64,000 bases of DNA from Thermoplasmatota archaeon. GTDB lineage: Archaea; Thermoplasmatota; Thermoplasmata; UBA10834. Shown here piece after piece: positions 10,080 through 19,365 of the stretch. Every line of letters starts with the position of its first letter. Within the stretch, counting starts at the first letter, position 1. The DNA is taken from positions 1 through 64,000 of the forward strand of contig JBFMHR010000005.1 of the NCBI GenBank assembly GCA_040751795.1, written 5' to 3'. Under the pieces are notes generated by a model. The model saw only the letters and a program-made list of their open reading frames with translations. It searched no databases and was not told the origin of the DNA. A program made the position numbers and the translations under genes.

Positions 10080-11675
10080 ATGCGGCCGATGAGCGGGACT
10101 AGGGACGACCATTGGATGGTCCACAAGGGGGACCCTAAGAGCAGGCACTCTAGGGCCCACGAGATCGGGAAGTGGTTCAGCAAGCAGAGGGTCGGCCTCG
10201 TGCTCGGCCCCCTCCTGTTCCTCTCCCTGGCCCTGATGCCCGTCCCGGTGTCCATGGCAGACGCGGCCGCGAGCCTTCCTGTCCCGGCGGATTCCCGCGC
10301 CCCCCAGGTAGCGCTCGGCACGCTGCTTTGGGTACTAGTTTGGTGGGTGACGGAGTGCGTTCCCCTGGGCATTGCCGCGCTGATCCCTCCAGTCGTCTTC
10401 TCGATGTCCAGGATCGTGTCGTGGAAGACTTCCCTCACGGCGTTCACGGACCCGATCATCTGGATCTTCATGGCGGGTTTCGTGCTCGCGGCAGCCTTCA
10501 GGAAGTGGGACCTGGACAGGCGGATCGCGATCAGGCTGGGTCTGATCTACAGGGGGAGCAATCCGATGGTCGCCGCCTTCTTCGTCGCCGCCCTCCCGGT
10601 GTTCATACTCACCCTCACGGGCTCCATCACCGCCTCGACGGCGGTGGTGTTCCCCTTCCTCATCGCCTACCTGTCGATGGTTGGAATCAAATCCGGTAGC
10701 AAGTACAGCGAGGCGTGCATGCTCGTCCTGGCGCAGGCCGCCACGGCGGGCGCGATGCTCCTCCTCATCAGCACCCCGCCTAACCTCATAGCCAAGAGCA
10801 CCGCCCTCGAGTTCGCCGCTGTGGACCTCACCTTCCTCGACTGGCTCGTCGTGGGGACGCCCCATGCGATAATCGGCCTGCTCATCACCTGGTTCGTCGT
10901 TTTCAAGATCATCAAGCCTGAGGAGAAGACCGTCGCAGCCGATAAGTCGAAGATGATCGCCGTGGCGAAGCAGCTCGGGAGGATGAGCCGGGGCGAGAAG
11001 GTCGTGGCGGGCATGCTCGTGACCGCCGTGAGCCTGTGGATACTCCCCTCCGCGGTGAAGGTCGCGGCGCAGTACGCGACAGGCCTGCAGGGCCTGTCCG
11101 CCGACCTCACTGCCATCATGCCGGAGGCGATGCCCGCGGTCCTAATCATAATCCTCGCCGGGTTGATCAGGGTCAAGGGCGAGCCGGTCCTGAAGTGGGA
11201 CGAGATCGCGAGGGGCATCGACTGGAACGTGGTGTTCCTCTTCGGCGGCGGCATCGCCCTGGGCATCGGGCTCGCGGACAGCGGGTTCGCGACCTGGCTG
11301 GCGGACGGGGTGGCCTCCGCGATGGGCGACAGCCCGAGCGCCTGGGGCATATACGCCATCTCATGCGTGCTGGGCTTCTTACTCACATACGCGGCCTCGA
11401 ACACGGCGGCGGCCCTGATATCGTGCCCCATAGCCGCGACCCTCGCCCTGGGCGCCGGCATGACCGGGGCCGAGGTGCTGGCGCCGATTGTGGGCGCGGG
11501 GCTGGCCTGCTCCATCTCCAGCGCGATACCGTCTACGACCCCCCCGATGGCGATCGTCTACAGCTCCGGCTACGTCAAGATCTGGACCATGTTCAAGGTG
11601 GGCATCGTTTCGGACACGCTGAGACTCCTGGCGCTCATCGCCCTGGGCCCGCTCTTCACGAGCCTCCTCGTGTGA
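10080..11675 (+). CDS. DASS/SLC13 family (di/tricarboxylate or sulfate):sodium symporter
   Basis: Many TM helices; motifs WWVTECVPLG, STPPN, DWNVVFLFGGG, ASNTA and TPPMAIVYSSG; exact start uncertain. Confidence 0.85.
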   Translation: MRPMSGTRDDHWMVHKGDPKSRHSRAHEIGKWFSKQRVGLVLGPLLFLSLALMPVPVSMADAAASLPVPADSRAPQVALGTLLWVLVWWVTECVPLGIAALIPPVVFSMSRIVSWKTSLTAFTDPIIWIFMAGFVLAAAFRKWDLDRRIAIRLGLIYRGSNPMVAAFFVAALPVFILTLTGSITASTAVVFPFLIAYLSMVGIKSGSKYSEACMLVLAQAATAGAMLLLISTPPNLIAKSTALEFAAVDLTFLDWLVVGTPHAIIGLLITWFVVFKIIKPEEKTVAADKSKMIAVAKQLGRMSRGEKVVAGMLVTAVSLWILPSAVKVAAQYATGLQGLSADLTAIMPEAMPAVLIIILAGLIRVKGEPVLKWDEIARGIDWNVVFLFGGGIALGIGLADSGFATWLADGVASAMGDSPSAWGIYAISCVLGFLLTYAASNTAAALISCPIAATLALGAGMTGAEVLAPIVGAGLACSISSAIPSTTPPMAIVYSSGYVKIWTMFKVGIVSDTLRLLALIALGPLFTSLLV

Positions 11676-11796
11676 TCCGGGGACTTGGCGCGCGTCGGGG
11701 CAGGCGCGCGCGGCTGGGCGCGCGGGCGTGCCTCGCCCCTGCCGTATCATGATGTTATATAGCGGCCGCACCGACGTATCCTAACGGGGATGCGCA

Positions 11797-12975
11797 ATGC
11801 CGAAGAGCATCATCGAGGACGCGCTCGGTTCGAATGCGCCCGCCGACGGAGTGGGCGCTGACAAGGGCAGCCAGGAGAGGTCCGCAGAGGAGCTCGAGAT
11901 CGAGAGGATAGCGGAGGGCCTCAACGTCTGCATCAAGCTGGTCGGCTGCGGCGGTGCTGGCTCCAACACTGTCAACAGGTTCTTCGAGCAGGGCGTCTCC
12001 GGCGTACAGACCCTCGCCATCAACACGGATGCGAAGCACCTCCTCTCCGTGAAGGCCAGCAGGAAGATCCTTATCGGGAAGAACCTCACCCGCGGCCTGG
12101 GCGCTGGCGCTAAGCCCGAGGTCGGCGAGCGCGCCGCCATGGAGAACGAGCGCGAGCTCCAGGACTTCGTCAAGGGCTCCCAGATCGTCTTCGTCACCGC
12201 GGGCATGGGCGGCGGGACGGGCACCAGCAGCTCGTTCGTCGTCTCGCGCCTGGCCAGGGAGGCGAAGGCCCTCACGGTCGGCGTGGTCACGCTGCCGTTC
12301 AAGTCCGAGGGCGAGATGCGCATGGAGAACGCGACCGAGGGGCTGTCGCGCCTCGCGAAGGTGTGCGACACCACCATCGTCATCCCCAACGACACGCTGC
12401 TCGAGCTCGTCCCGAACCTGCCGGTCCAGGCGGCTTTCAAGGTCGCGGACGAGCTCCTCCTCCAGACCATATGCGGCCTCACCGAGATGCTCACCAAAGC
12501 GGGCCTGGTCAACGTCGACTACGCCGACCTCCGCACGATACTCGACGAGGGCGGGGTCTCGCTCATCGGAGTCGGGGAGGGCGAGGGCGCGCCGCTGGAC
12601 AGGATGGCCACGGCGGTCGACGAGGCCCTCACATCGCCACTGCTCGGCAGGATCGACCTGAAGGACGCCAAGGGCGCCCTCGTCAGGGTCGTGGGCGGCC
12701 CGGACATGACCATAGAGGAGGCGGCCAAGGCCGCGGAGATCATCTCGTCCAAGCTGAGGCCGGACGGCCGGCTCATCTGGGGCTGCTCCCTCGAGCAGGG
12801 CATGGAGGGGAGGGTCAAGGTGCTTCTCATCGTAACCGGGGCGAGGTCACAATACGTCCTCCTACGCGACGGCACGGAGCCCGTCATCCGAAGGACCAGC
12901 GAGGACTATCGGGGGGCGGTCAACGTGCCGTCGCGCATACACGAGGACGAGGACACGTCGTTCTTCGTCAGGTGA
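11797..12975 (+). CDS. ftsZ: Cell division protein FtsZ (archaeal paralog)
   Basis: GCGGAGSN, AINTD, GLGAG, GMGGGTGT, PFKSEG and T7 loop NVDYAD; TTATATA upstream near 11755. Confidence 0.92.
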   Translation: MPKSIIEDALGSNAPADGVGADKGSQERSAEELEIERIAEGLNVCIKLVGCGGAGSNTVNRFFEQGVSGVQTLAINTDAKHLLSVKASRKILIGKNLTRGLGAGAKPEVGERAAMENERELQDFVKGSQIVFVTAGMGGGTGTSSSFVVSRLAREAKALTVGVVTLPFKSEGEMRMENATEGLSRLAKVCDTTIVIPNDTLLELVPNLPVQAAFKVADELLLQTICGLTEMLTKAGLVNVDYADLRTILDEGGVSLIGVGEGEGAPLDRMATAVDEALTSPLLGRIDLKDAKGALVRVVGGPDMTIEEAAKAAEIISSKLRPDGRLIWGCSLEQGMEGRVKVLLIVTGARSQYVLLRDGTEPVIRRTSEDYRGAVNVPSRIHEDEDTSFFVR

Positions 12976-12977
12976 GC

Positions 12978-14882
12978 TCAGAGGCCCAGGAGGAGTTTCG
13001 AGGCGGCGCCGAGCGCGAACGCCAGCCCTATGGACCCGGCGGTCACGAGGGCCGTGCTCCTGAGCCCGAACTCCTTGAGCATGACAGCGAAGGCCGCGAG
13101 GCACGGCATGAACACCGCCATCACGAGGGCGAACGTGAACATCTGCTCAGGGCTGAGGTGGAGCGCCAGGTTGCTCGTCCCGAAGAGGACCATGAGCATC
13201 TGAAGGGCCATCTCCTTCCTGAGGATCCCGAATATGAGCGCCACTACGACCACACCTGGGAGGCCGAGCACCGCCATCATGACCGCTTCGGAGGGCTCGA
13301 TGAGCCTCTGCAGGACCCCCTCGGCCATGAGCATCTCGAGCACGATGCTCCCCGCCAGCAGCAGAGGGAACGCGATCGTGAGGAACTCCTTGACCCTCAG
13401 GTAGGTCTTCCTCAGCGTCTCCGTCGCCGAGGGCATCCGCAGGTCCGGTATCTCCACGAACAGCCCCGTGGGCTCGAACCTGATGGTCCTGTGCATGGCG
13501 AAGCCCAGCACGACCAGTATCGCCCCCAGGACCACGTATATCGCGAGGGCCCACTGGACGCCCGCGTAGTTGCCGACGGTGCCGATTATGATGGCCGTCT
13601 GCGCGGAGCAGGGGACGGCAATGGTGATGAGCGTCGCGAGTATGAGCCTCTCCCTCTTGGAGCCCATGGCCCTCGTTGCGAGTATCGCCGGGACGTTGCA
13701 CCCGAAGCCGACGACCATCGGGATGACGGCCCTGCCGTGCAGGCCGAGCCTGTGCATCACCCCGTCGAGGAGCGAGACGACCCTGACCAGGTAGCCCGTG
13801 TCCTCGAGGACTGCGAGCATGATGTAGAAGACCATTATGTACGGGATCACGAGCGCGAGCATCGCCTCGACGCTGAGGTAGACGCCCTCCGCCGCCCCCC
13901 TTGCCAGGCCGCTCGACAGCCCATCCCTGAACTCCTCGAACGGTGCCCGGAAAGCGTCCGTGTAAGCCCCGACCAGCAGCCCCTCCAGCGCCCCGCCGAC
14001 GAAGACCAGGACCAGGAAGACGGTTGCCAGCACGGCGATGAGGATCGGTATCCCCGTGGAGGGCCTCAGTGTGAGGTCGGAGAGCAGCCCCTCCTCCCTC
14101 TTCCTTCCGGTCGCCTTACCGACCACCTCGGACGCGATTCGCCCTGCCTCGCCGAACCTGTCCCTCTCGATGTGGACGATGATGTCCTCGCCGTGCTCCT
14201 TCAGGAACTCCTCCCTCATCGACTCGGAGGCCTTGACGGCCTCCGGGCCCGCCTTCCCGACGACCCGCCGGTCCTCCGTGAGCAACCTCAGCGACACCGC
14301 CCTCAGCGGCATCGGCCAGTCCTCCTCCTTGAGCAGGGCGGAGAGCTTGCGTATCATCGCCTCGATGTGCGAGTCGTACCTCACCTTGAACTTGCTCCTG
14401 CCCCTGAGCTGGACCGACGTGAACAGGAGCGAATCGATGCCCTCCCCCTTGGTGGCCACCGTGGGTACCGCGGGAATCATGAGGATGCGCTCGAGCCCGG
14501 CCACGTCCACGTCCCGCCCGCTCCTGCGCATCTCGTCGTACATGTTGAGCGACGCGACGACGTGGTACCCCGACTCTATGAGTTCGAAGAGCAGGACGAG
14601 GTTCCTCTCGAGCCGCGTGGTATCGAGGACGGCGATTACGGTGCCGGGCCTCCTCTCGAAGAGGAGGTCCGTGGCGACCCTCTCGTCATCCGTGTTGCCC
14701 GCCAGGGAGTAGGTCCCGGGGAGGTCGATGACCGTGATGGTGGAGCCCATGAACTTGGCCTTCCCCTCGGAGAACTCGACCGTGGTGCCGGGGTAGTTGG
14801 AGCTGATCACGCCGACGCCGGTGAGCCTGCTGAACAGGGCGCTCTTCCCCACGTTCGGGTTACCGGCCAGGGCGATTTCCAT
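12978..14882 (-). CDS. feoB: Ferrous iron transporter FeoB
   Basis: GNPNVGKS, NYPGTT, DLPGTYSL, LEDTGY, GFGCNVPA and PCSAQ; membrane domain. Confidence 0.95.
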   Translation of the reverse strand: MEIALAGNPNVGKSALFSRLTGVGVISSNYPGTTVEFSEGKAKFMGSTITVIDLPGTYSLAGNTDDERVATDLLFERRPGTVIAVLDTTRLERNLVLLFELIESGYHVVASLNMYDEMRRSGRDVDVAGLERILMIPAVPTVATKGEGIDSLLFTSVQLRGRSKFKVRYDSHIEAMIRKLSALLKEEDWPMPLRAVSLRLLTEDRRVVGKAGPEAVKASESMREEFLKEHGEDIIVHIERDRFGEAGRIASEVVGKATGRKREEGLLSDLTLRPSTGIPILIAVLATVFLVLVFVGGALEGLLVGAYTDAFRAPFEEFRDGLSSGLARGAAEGVYLSVEAMLALVIPYIMVFYIMLAVLEDTGYLVRVVSLLDGVMHRLGLHGRAVIPMVVGFGCNVPAILATRAMGSKRERLILATLITIAVPCSAQTAIIIGTVGNYAGVQWALAIYVVLGAILVVLGFAMHRTIRFEPTGLFVEIPDLRMPSATETLRKTYLRVKEFLTIAFPLLLAGSIVLEMLMAEGVLQRLIEPSEAVMMAVLGLPGVVVVALIFGILRKEMALQMLMVLFGTSNLALHLSPEQMFTFALVMAVFMPCLAAFAVMLKEFGLRSTALVTAGSIGLAFALGAASKLLLGL

Positions 14883-14894
14883 GCGCTCCCCACC

Positions 14895-15560
14895 TCACGC
14901 CCTGACCATGTGGAGGGCGCCGCCGATCTCCCTCGCCAGGGCGATCTTGGTCCCCTTCAGGGAGACGATTATCGGCCCGCCCATGGGCACCTTCTTCTCG
15001 ACCTTGACCTCGCTCCCCGGGACGAACCCCATGGCGAGTATGCGGCAGAGCTCGTCCTTGTCCTTGGACGCCAGGTGGGAGACGGTCCCGACGTCCCCCT
15101 CCCTGAACTCGACGAGGGGCACGGTCTCGTGGGTGCACTTCTCGCAGGCGATGCCTCGCTCGCACTTGGGTATGTGTTTCCCGTGCGGGCACTCCGAGGG
15201 GCGGTTGAGCATCCTGCAGAGCTGCCTCTCCGCCTCGTCGGTCAGGACGTGCTCCATCTTGCACGCCTGGAGGTGCCTCGACCTCCCCCTGATGCCGCAG
15301 AGGTCGTTGAGGAAGCGCTCGAGGAGGCGGTGCTTCCTGGTCACCTGCCTCGCGATCTTGAGGCCCTTCGGCGTGAGGGTCGCCCCCTTGTACCTCTCGT
15401 GCCTGACGTAGCCCTGCCTGGAGAGCTTCTGCATCATCTCGGTGGCGGAGGCCGGCGCGACCTCCATCGCCTTCGCGACGTCCGAGGTCTTGGCGACCCC
15501 GCCCTCCTCGGTGATGCTGTAGATGACCTTGAGGTACTGCTCGGCGATCTCGCTTACCAT
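14895..15560 (-). CDS. DtxR/MntR-family metal-dependent repressor with C-terminal FeoA domain
   Basis: EQYLKVIY, HTH, RKHRLLERFL, ACKMEH, CPHG, FeoA-like C-terminus; start placed at ATG 15560, downstream of the promoter. Confidence 0.92.
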   Translation of the reverse strand: MVSEIAEQYLKVIYSITEEGGVAKTSDVAKAMEVAPASATEMMQKLSRQGYVRHERYKGATLTPKGLKIARQVTRKHRLLERFLNDLCGIRGRSRHLQACKMEHVLTDEAERQLCRMLNRPSECPHGKHIPKCERGIACEKCTHETVPLVEFREGDVGTVSHLASKDKDELCRILAMGFVPGSEVKVEKKVPMGGPIIVSLKGTKIALAREIGGALHMVRA

Positions 15561-15570
15561 CGGGGAAGAG

Positions 15571-15600
15571 TTAGGTTGACCTAAATTATATACTTTTTCG
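15571..15600 (-). promoter_or_regulatory. BRE-TATA promoter with adjacent DtxR-type operator
   Basis: Minus strand CGAAAAAG-TATATAA-T-TTAGGTCAACCTAA; palindrome TTAGGT-TG-ACCTAA at 15571-15584 resembles DtxR/IdeR boxes. Confidence 0.8.
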
Positions 15601-15616
15601 CCCTTCCGGCCGGTGT

Positions 15617-15796
15617 TCACCCCTTCGAGTCTAGGTACCTCTTGAACGGGTAGGTCTTGAGCTTGATCTCGCCCTCGCCCGGGGGAGGGTACTCCTCCTC
15701 GTACTCCTTCGTGGCGATCGCGAGCTCCCTCTTCGTCAGGCGGTCAGCCTTGAGGCCGTAGTTCTGCGCAAGCCATGTGTCGAAGTCGAACTTCAG
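15617..15796 (-). CDS. Small hypothetical protein (about 59 aa)
   Basis: Codon usage typical of the genome; probable CTG start after GGTGG; follows the ATPase genes on the same strand. Confidence 0.5.
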   Translation of the reverse strand: MKFDFDTWLAQNYGLKADRLTKRELAIATKEYEEEYPPPGEGEIKLKTYPFKRYLDSKG

Positions 15797-15851
15797 CGTA
15801 CCACCGGGCACGAATCGTCCGCAGCGGGCATAAGCCTGCCCCCTCACGTCC

Positions 15852-16739
15852 TCAGACGGCCCCGAGCAGGGCCGCGACGCGCCTGTGGACGAGGGACATG
15901 GCGTGCGTCGCGGGGCTCGCGACGTTGTCCCCGGCCGTCCTCCCCTGCGCCATGGTCTTCGCGAGGACCTCGTCGTAGGGGATCCTCCCGAGGATGTGCG
16001 CCCCCTCGGCCGCCGCGTGCTCCTCCATCATGGCCGTGAGCCCATCGTTGATGTCCGCCTTGTTGACGACCAGCCCGGTCCTGAGCCCGAACCCCTTGGC
16101 GAGGTCGAGGATCCTCTTGGCGTCGCTGAACCCCGACTGCGTCGGCTCCGCGACTATGACCGCGAGGTCGGCCCCCGAGAGCGCCGATATGACGGGGCAG
16201 CCGATCCCGGGGGGGCCGTCCACTAGGATCGTGTCCGCGCCCTCCTCGTTGGCCACCGTCCGCGCCTTCTGCTTCACCATGGCGACGAGCCTCCCGGAGT
16301 TGTCCGCCCCCGGCTCGAGGAGGGCGTGGACCATCTTGCCGAAGGCCGTGTCGGAGACGAACCACTCCCCGACCCTCTTGTCGGCCATCATGACCGCCCC
16401 GCTCGGGCACACCCTGGCGCAGAGCGCGCACCCCTCGCAGCACTCCTCGTCTATCGCGACCTTCCTGATGCTCGGGTTGCCCAGGACCTTGACCGCGCCG
16501 AACCTGCAGACCTCGGCGCACCTGCCGCAGTTGGTGCACTTGGAGCTGAGGATCGTGGCGACCCTCATGCCCGAGAACCCCTCCCGCTGCAGGACCTTGG
16601 GCTGGAGGAGCAGGTGAAGGTTGGGCGCGTCGACGTCGCAGTCGGCGGTCACCGTCCTCTGCATCGCGGAGGCGAGGAAGCCCAGGAGCGTCGTCTTCCC
16701 GGTGCCGCCCTTGCCGCTGACGATGACCAGCTCCTTCAT
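15852..16739 (-). CDS. MinD-superfamily P-loop ATPase with inserted 2x[4Fe-4S] ferredoxin domain (COG1149)
   Basis: SGKGGTGKT, DCDVDAPN, CTNCGRCAEVC, CEGCALCARVCP and DGPPGIGCP. Confidence 0.9.
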   Translation of the reverse strand: MKELVIVSGKGGTGKTTLLGFLASAMQRTVTADCDVDAPNLHLLLQPKVLQREGFSGMRVATILSSKCTNCGRCAEVCRFGAVKVLGNPSIRKVAIDEECCEGCALCARVCPSGAVMMADKRVGEWFVSDTAFGKMVHALLEPGADNSGRLVAMVKQKARTVANEEGADTILVDGPPGIGCPVISALSGADLAVIVAEPTQSGFSDAKRILDLAKGFGLRTGLVVNKADINDGLTAMMEEHAAAEGAHILGRIPYDEVLAKTMAQGRTAGDNVASPATHAMSLVHRRVAALLGAV

Positions 16740-17569
16740 CGCCGCGCCCCCTTGAAGGCCCAGTCCCTGAGCCCCGCGAAGACGTCGCGGAACCTCGGGT
16801 CGCCTGCGATCAGCCCGCCCCTCGAGTACGCTTCAGCTATCCCCCGGTCGAGCGGGAGCCTCCCCACGACGGGGACCCTGTGGGCCCTGCAGAACCCGTC
16901 GACATCCGGCCCGGGCAGCCCGTCCTTGTTGATGAAGACGGCCGCGGGCACCTTGAGCTTCCTGGTCACCTCGAGGGCCAGCCTGAGGTCGTGCATCCCG
17001 AAGGGCGTCGGCTCTGTGACGAGCACGCAGGCGTCGGCGCCCTTGATGCTGGCCACGGCGGTGCACGCGGTCCCAGGGGGGCAGTCCATCACCACCGCCT
17101 CACGCTCAGGGGCGGCCTCCTTGACGCGCCTGATGAGCGGCGTGGCCGCAGCCTCGCCCACCCTCAGCCTGCCGTAGGTCAGGTCCAGCGCGCCGCCCTG
17201 GGTCCTCAGGACCTCCCCCAGGAGGTGGTCGACCTCGGTGATGGCCCCCTCGGGGCAGAGCAGCGAGCACGCCCCGCAGCCGTGGCAGAGCTCGTCGAAG
17301 ACCATGACCTCCTTGGGCAGCACCGCTATCGCGTGGAACTCGCAGACCTTCCTGCAGTTGCCGCAGAGGGTGCACTTCCTGGCGTCGACCCTCGGGACGC
17401 GCCTGAAGACCTGCTCCGCCTGCTCGCCGCCCGCCCTCGCGAATATGTAGCAGTTCGGCTCCTCGACGTCCAAGTCGACAAGGGCCGCCCCCTCCGTGAC
17501 CGCCGCCAGGTTGGTCGCGACCAGGGTCTTCCCGGTCCCGCCCTTGCCGCTGGCTACCGCTACCTTCGT
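16736..17569 (-). CDS. Second COG1149 MinD-like ATPase with ferredoxin insert
   Basis: KVAVASGKGGTGKT, DLDVEEPN, CTLCGNCRKVC, CHGCGACSLLCP and DCPPGTAC; codon at the expected start position is ACG. Confidence 0.88.
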   Translation of the reverse strand, partial: TKVAVASGKGGTGKTLVATNLAAVTEGAALVDLDVEEPNCYIFARAGGEQAEQVFRRVPRVDARKCTLCGNCRKVCEFHAIAVLPKEVMVFDELCHGCGACSLLCPEGAITEVDHLLGEVLRTQGGALDLTYGRLRVGEAAATPLIRRVKEAAPEREAVVMDCPPGTACTAVASIKGADACVLVTEPTPFGMHDLRLALEVTRKLKVPAAVFINKDGLPGPDVDGFCRAHRVPVVGRLPLDRGIAEAYSRGGLIAGDPRFRDVFAGLRDWAFKGARR

Positions 17570-17592
17570 GTTACCGCCCCTCGCCGTCGCCG

Positions 17593-17952
17593 TCAGTGAT
17601 GGTGTTCCTTGCAGGCGACGTCGTAAGTCGCGGCCTGCAGCTTCCCGTCGCGCCACATCTGGACCGCGTCCTTCACGGTCCCCGTCGCGCCGACGAACAC
17701 CTGCACGCCGAACGACTGGAGCATGTCTATCGCCTTGGGTCCGAGGCCGGAGCACACCAGGACCTTCGCGCCGGTCTTGGCGATGTGCTCCGGCGGCTTC
17801 CCGAGCCCGCCCATGTGCTCGCTCCTGTTCTTCACGACAGCGACCTGGCCGTTGTCCAGGTCGATGACCGTGAAGGTCGGCGCGCGGCCGAAGTGCTCGC
17901 ACACCAGATCGTCGTATCCGCCCTTCTCCATAGATGGTACGCAGACTTTCAT
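17593..17952 (-). CDS. NifB/NifX-family (Orange-protein-like) metallocluster-binding protein
   Basis: EHFGRAPTF, GLGPKA, C-terminal CKEHHH. Confidence 0.88.
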   Translation of the reverse strand: MKVCVPSMEKGGYDDLVCEHFGRAPTFTVIDLDNGQVAVVKNRSEHMGGLGKPPEHIAKTGAKVLVCSGLGPKAIDMLQSFGVQVFVGATGTVKDAVQMWRDGKLQAATYDVACKEHHH

Positions 17953-17989
17953 CCGTTCACTCTCCTTGGTCCCTCGATAGCGATGCCCC

Positions 17990-18127
17990 TCATCTCCTGT
18001 CCTTGAACCGCAGCCGCCAGCCTTCCCTGGCTATGTTGGACGAGCCGCAGCAGAAGCACTTCTCCGGCCTCTCGGGGAGGGCCATGTCCAGGCCGCAGTC
18101 CGCGCACCTGAACCTGAGGAGCCTCAT
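17990..18127 (-). CDS. Small Zn-ribbon protein (45 aa)
   Basis: MRLLRFRCADCG...KCFCCGSSNI; ATG overlaps the upstream stop (ATGA). Confidence 0.7.
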   Translation of the reverse strand: MRLLRFRCADCGLDMALPERPEKCFCCGSSNIAREGWRLRFKDRR

Positions 18128-18576
18128 TCGTCCCTCCCCCTGGCCGACGCGTCCCTCATTGCATTCCTGAACGCTATCACCGCCAGGCTCGCGCAGTGGA
18201 CGTGGTCCTCCGGCAGCCCTCCGAGGGACGCGACGAGCTCCTCGGGCCTGAGCGCTTTGGCATCCTCTGCCGTGAGCCCCGTCACCATCTTGGTGAGCCT
18301 GCTCCCGCAGGCGATGGTGGCGCCGCACCCGTCCGTGTAGAACGTGCACCCCGTCACCCTGCCGCCGTCGACCTTGACCCAGACCTGCATTGTGTCCCCG
18401 CAGAGCCCGTCCGCGAGCCCGTGGCCGTCCGCCCCGTCGAGGGGGCCGACGTTCGCGGGGTCCCTGAACTCGGCGACGACCTCCTTGGTGTAGACCCTGG
18501 AGTCCTCGGCCTCCATGGCGGTCACGATGTTCTCGACGAGCGTGTCGAGCTCCGAGGGGCCGTCCTTCCGGCTCAT
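18124..18576 (-). CDS. IscU/NifU-like Fe-S scaffold protein
   Basis: P.NVG, CGDTM, DGCGATIACGS and LGGLPEDHVHCA; ATGA-coupled start. Confidence 0.88.
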   Translation of the reverse strand: MSRKDGPSELDTLVENIVTAMEAEDSRVYTKEVVAEFRDPANVGPLDGADGHGLADGLCGDTMQVWVKVDGGRVTGCTFYTDGCGATIACGSRLTKMVTGLTAEDAKALRPEELVASLGGLPEDHVHCASLAVIAFRNAMRDASARGRDE

Positions 18577-18995
18577 GCCTGTCCCTGGCCCCCCCTCGGC
18601 CCGCGCCCGTGGCCATGGCCGTGGTGGCCCGGGGATGTGGAAGAAGAAGCCTCGCTCAGCTGGCCGGCCCTGTAGGCCTCGATCGCGGAGCCCACCGTGC
18701 CGGTGCACTTGACGAACATCCTGACCCCCCCAGCCGCGAGGACCCTGAACGCGTTCGGCCCTATGTCGCCGGTGACGACCGTGTCGACGCCCATGTCGAG
18801 CATCTGCTGCGCGGCCTGTATGCCGGCCCCGTTGCCGAGCACCTGGCCGGTGTTCCTCACGGCCCTGTGCCCGTCGCCGTCGAACACGACGAAGTAGGAG
18901 CACCTCCCGAACCTCGGGTCGATGGGCGAGTCCAGCGACTCGCCGGCCGAGCTGACCGCCACGCGCCTGCCATCCATATCAGCGCCTGTGACCAT
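18573..18995 (-). CDS. NifB/NifX-family protein with His/Gly-rich tail
   Basis: DPRFGRCSYF, GAGIQAAQ, GDIGPNAF, tail HHGHGHG. Confidence 0.88.
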   Translation of the reverse strand: MVTGADMDGRRVAVSSAGESLDSPIDPRFGRCSYFVVFDGDGHRAVRNTGQVLGNGAGIQAAQQMLDMGVDTVVTGDIGPNAFRVLAAGGVRMFVKCTGTVGSAIEAYRAGQLSEASSSTSPGHHGHGHGRGPRGGQGQA

Positions 18996-18999
18996 GGGA

Positions 19000-19173
19000 T
19001 CAATCCCCGCACTGGGTGCCCCTCATCTGCGAGCCGCACTTCGGGCACTTCGTCCTGTTGCAGGGCACCCCTCTGAGCGCGTGCGGCACCTCCGCCCCGC
19101 ACTCCGGGCACACGCACTTCCTGGAGCCGAACTCCAGGTCGCTCTCCGCCTCGCCGTAACCCTTCTCGTCCAT
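19000..19173 (-). CDS. Small Cys-rich protein (57 aa)
   Basis: CVCPECG..VPH.RGVPC...CPKCGSQM; GAGGG upstream of the ATG. Confidence 0.72.
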   Translation of the reverse strand: MDEKGYGEAESDLEFGSRKCVCPECGAEVPHALRGVPCNRTKCPKCGSQMRGTQCGD

Positions 19174-19187
19174 GGTACCGCCCTCGT

Positions 19188-19361
19188 TCACCGGTGCCAG
19201 CAGGGGCCCCGGCCGGCGCCCCTCCTGCCCCTGTCCTCGGCGGCCCTGTGGATGTTCCGGCAGCCGCACGACGGGCACGACATCGGCCTGCCCGTGCCGT
19301 ACGGCTCGTCCCACTTCCTCCCGCATCCGAAGCACTCGAACCTCCTCATGCCAGCCACCAT
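19188..19361 (-). CDS. Small Zn-ribbon protein (57 aa), not in the ORF track
   Basis: Translated by hand: MVAGMRRFECFGCGRKWDEPYGTGRPMSCPSCGCRNIHRAAEDRGRRGAGRGPCWHR*; AGGAGG upstream; fills the operon gap. Confidence 0.72.
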   Translation of the reverse strand: MVAGMRRFECFGCGRKWDEPYGTGRPMSCPSCGCRNIHRAAEDRGRRGAGRGPCWHR

Positions 19362-19365
19362 CCTC

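Noticed and set aside
17593-18995. nifX/nifU-like genes as evidence of nitrogen fixation
   Set aside because: No nifHDK in the window; the context matches orp-like clusters of non-diazotrophic anaerobes.
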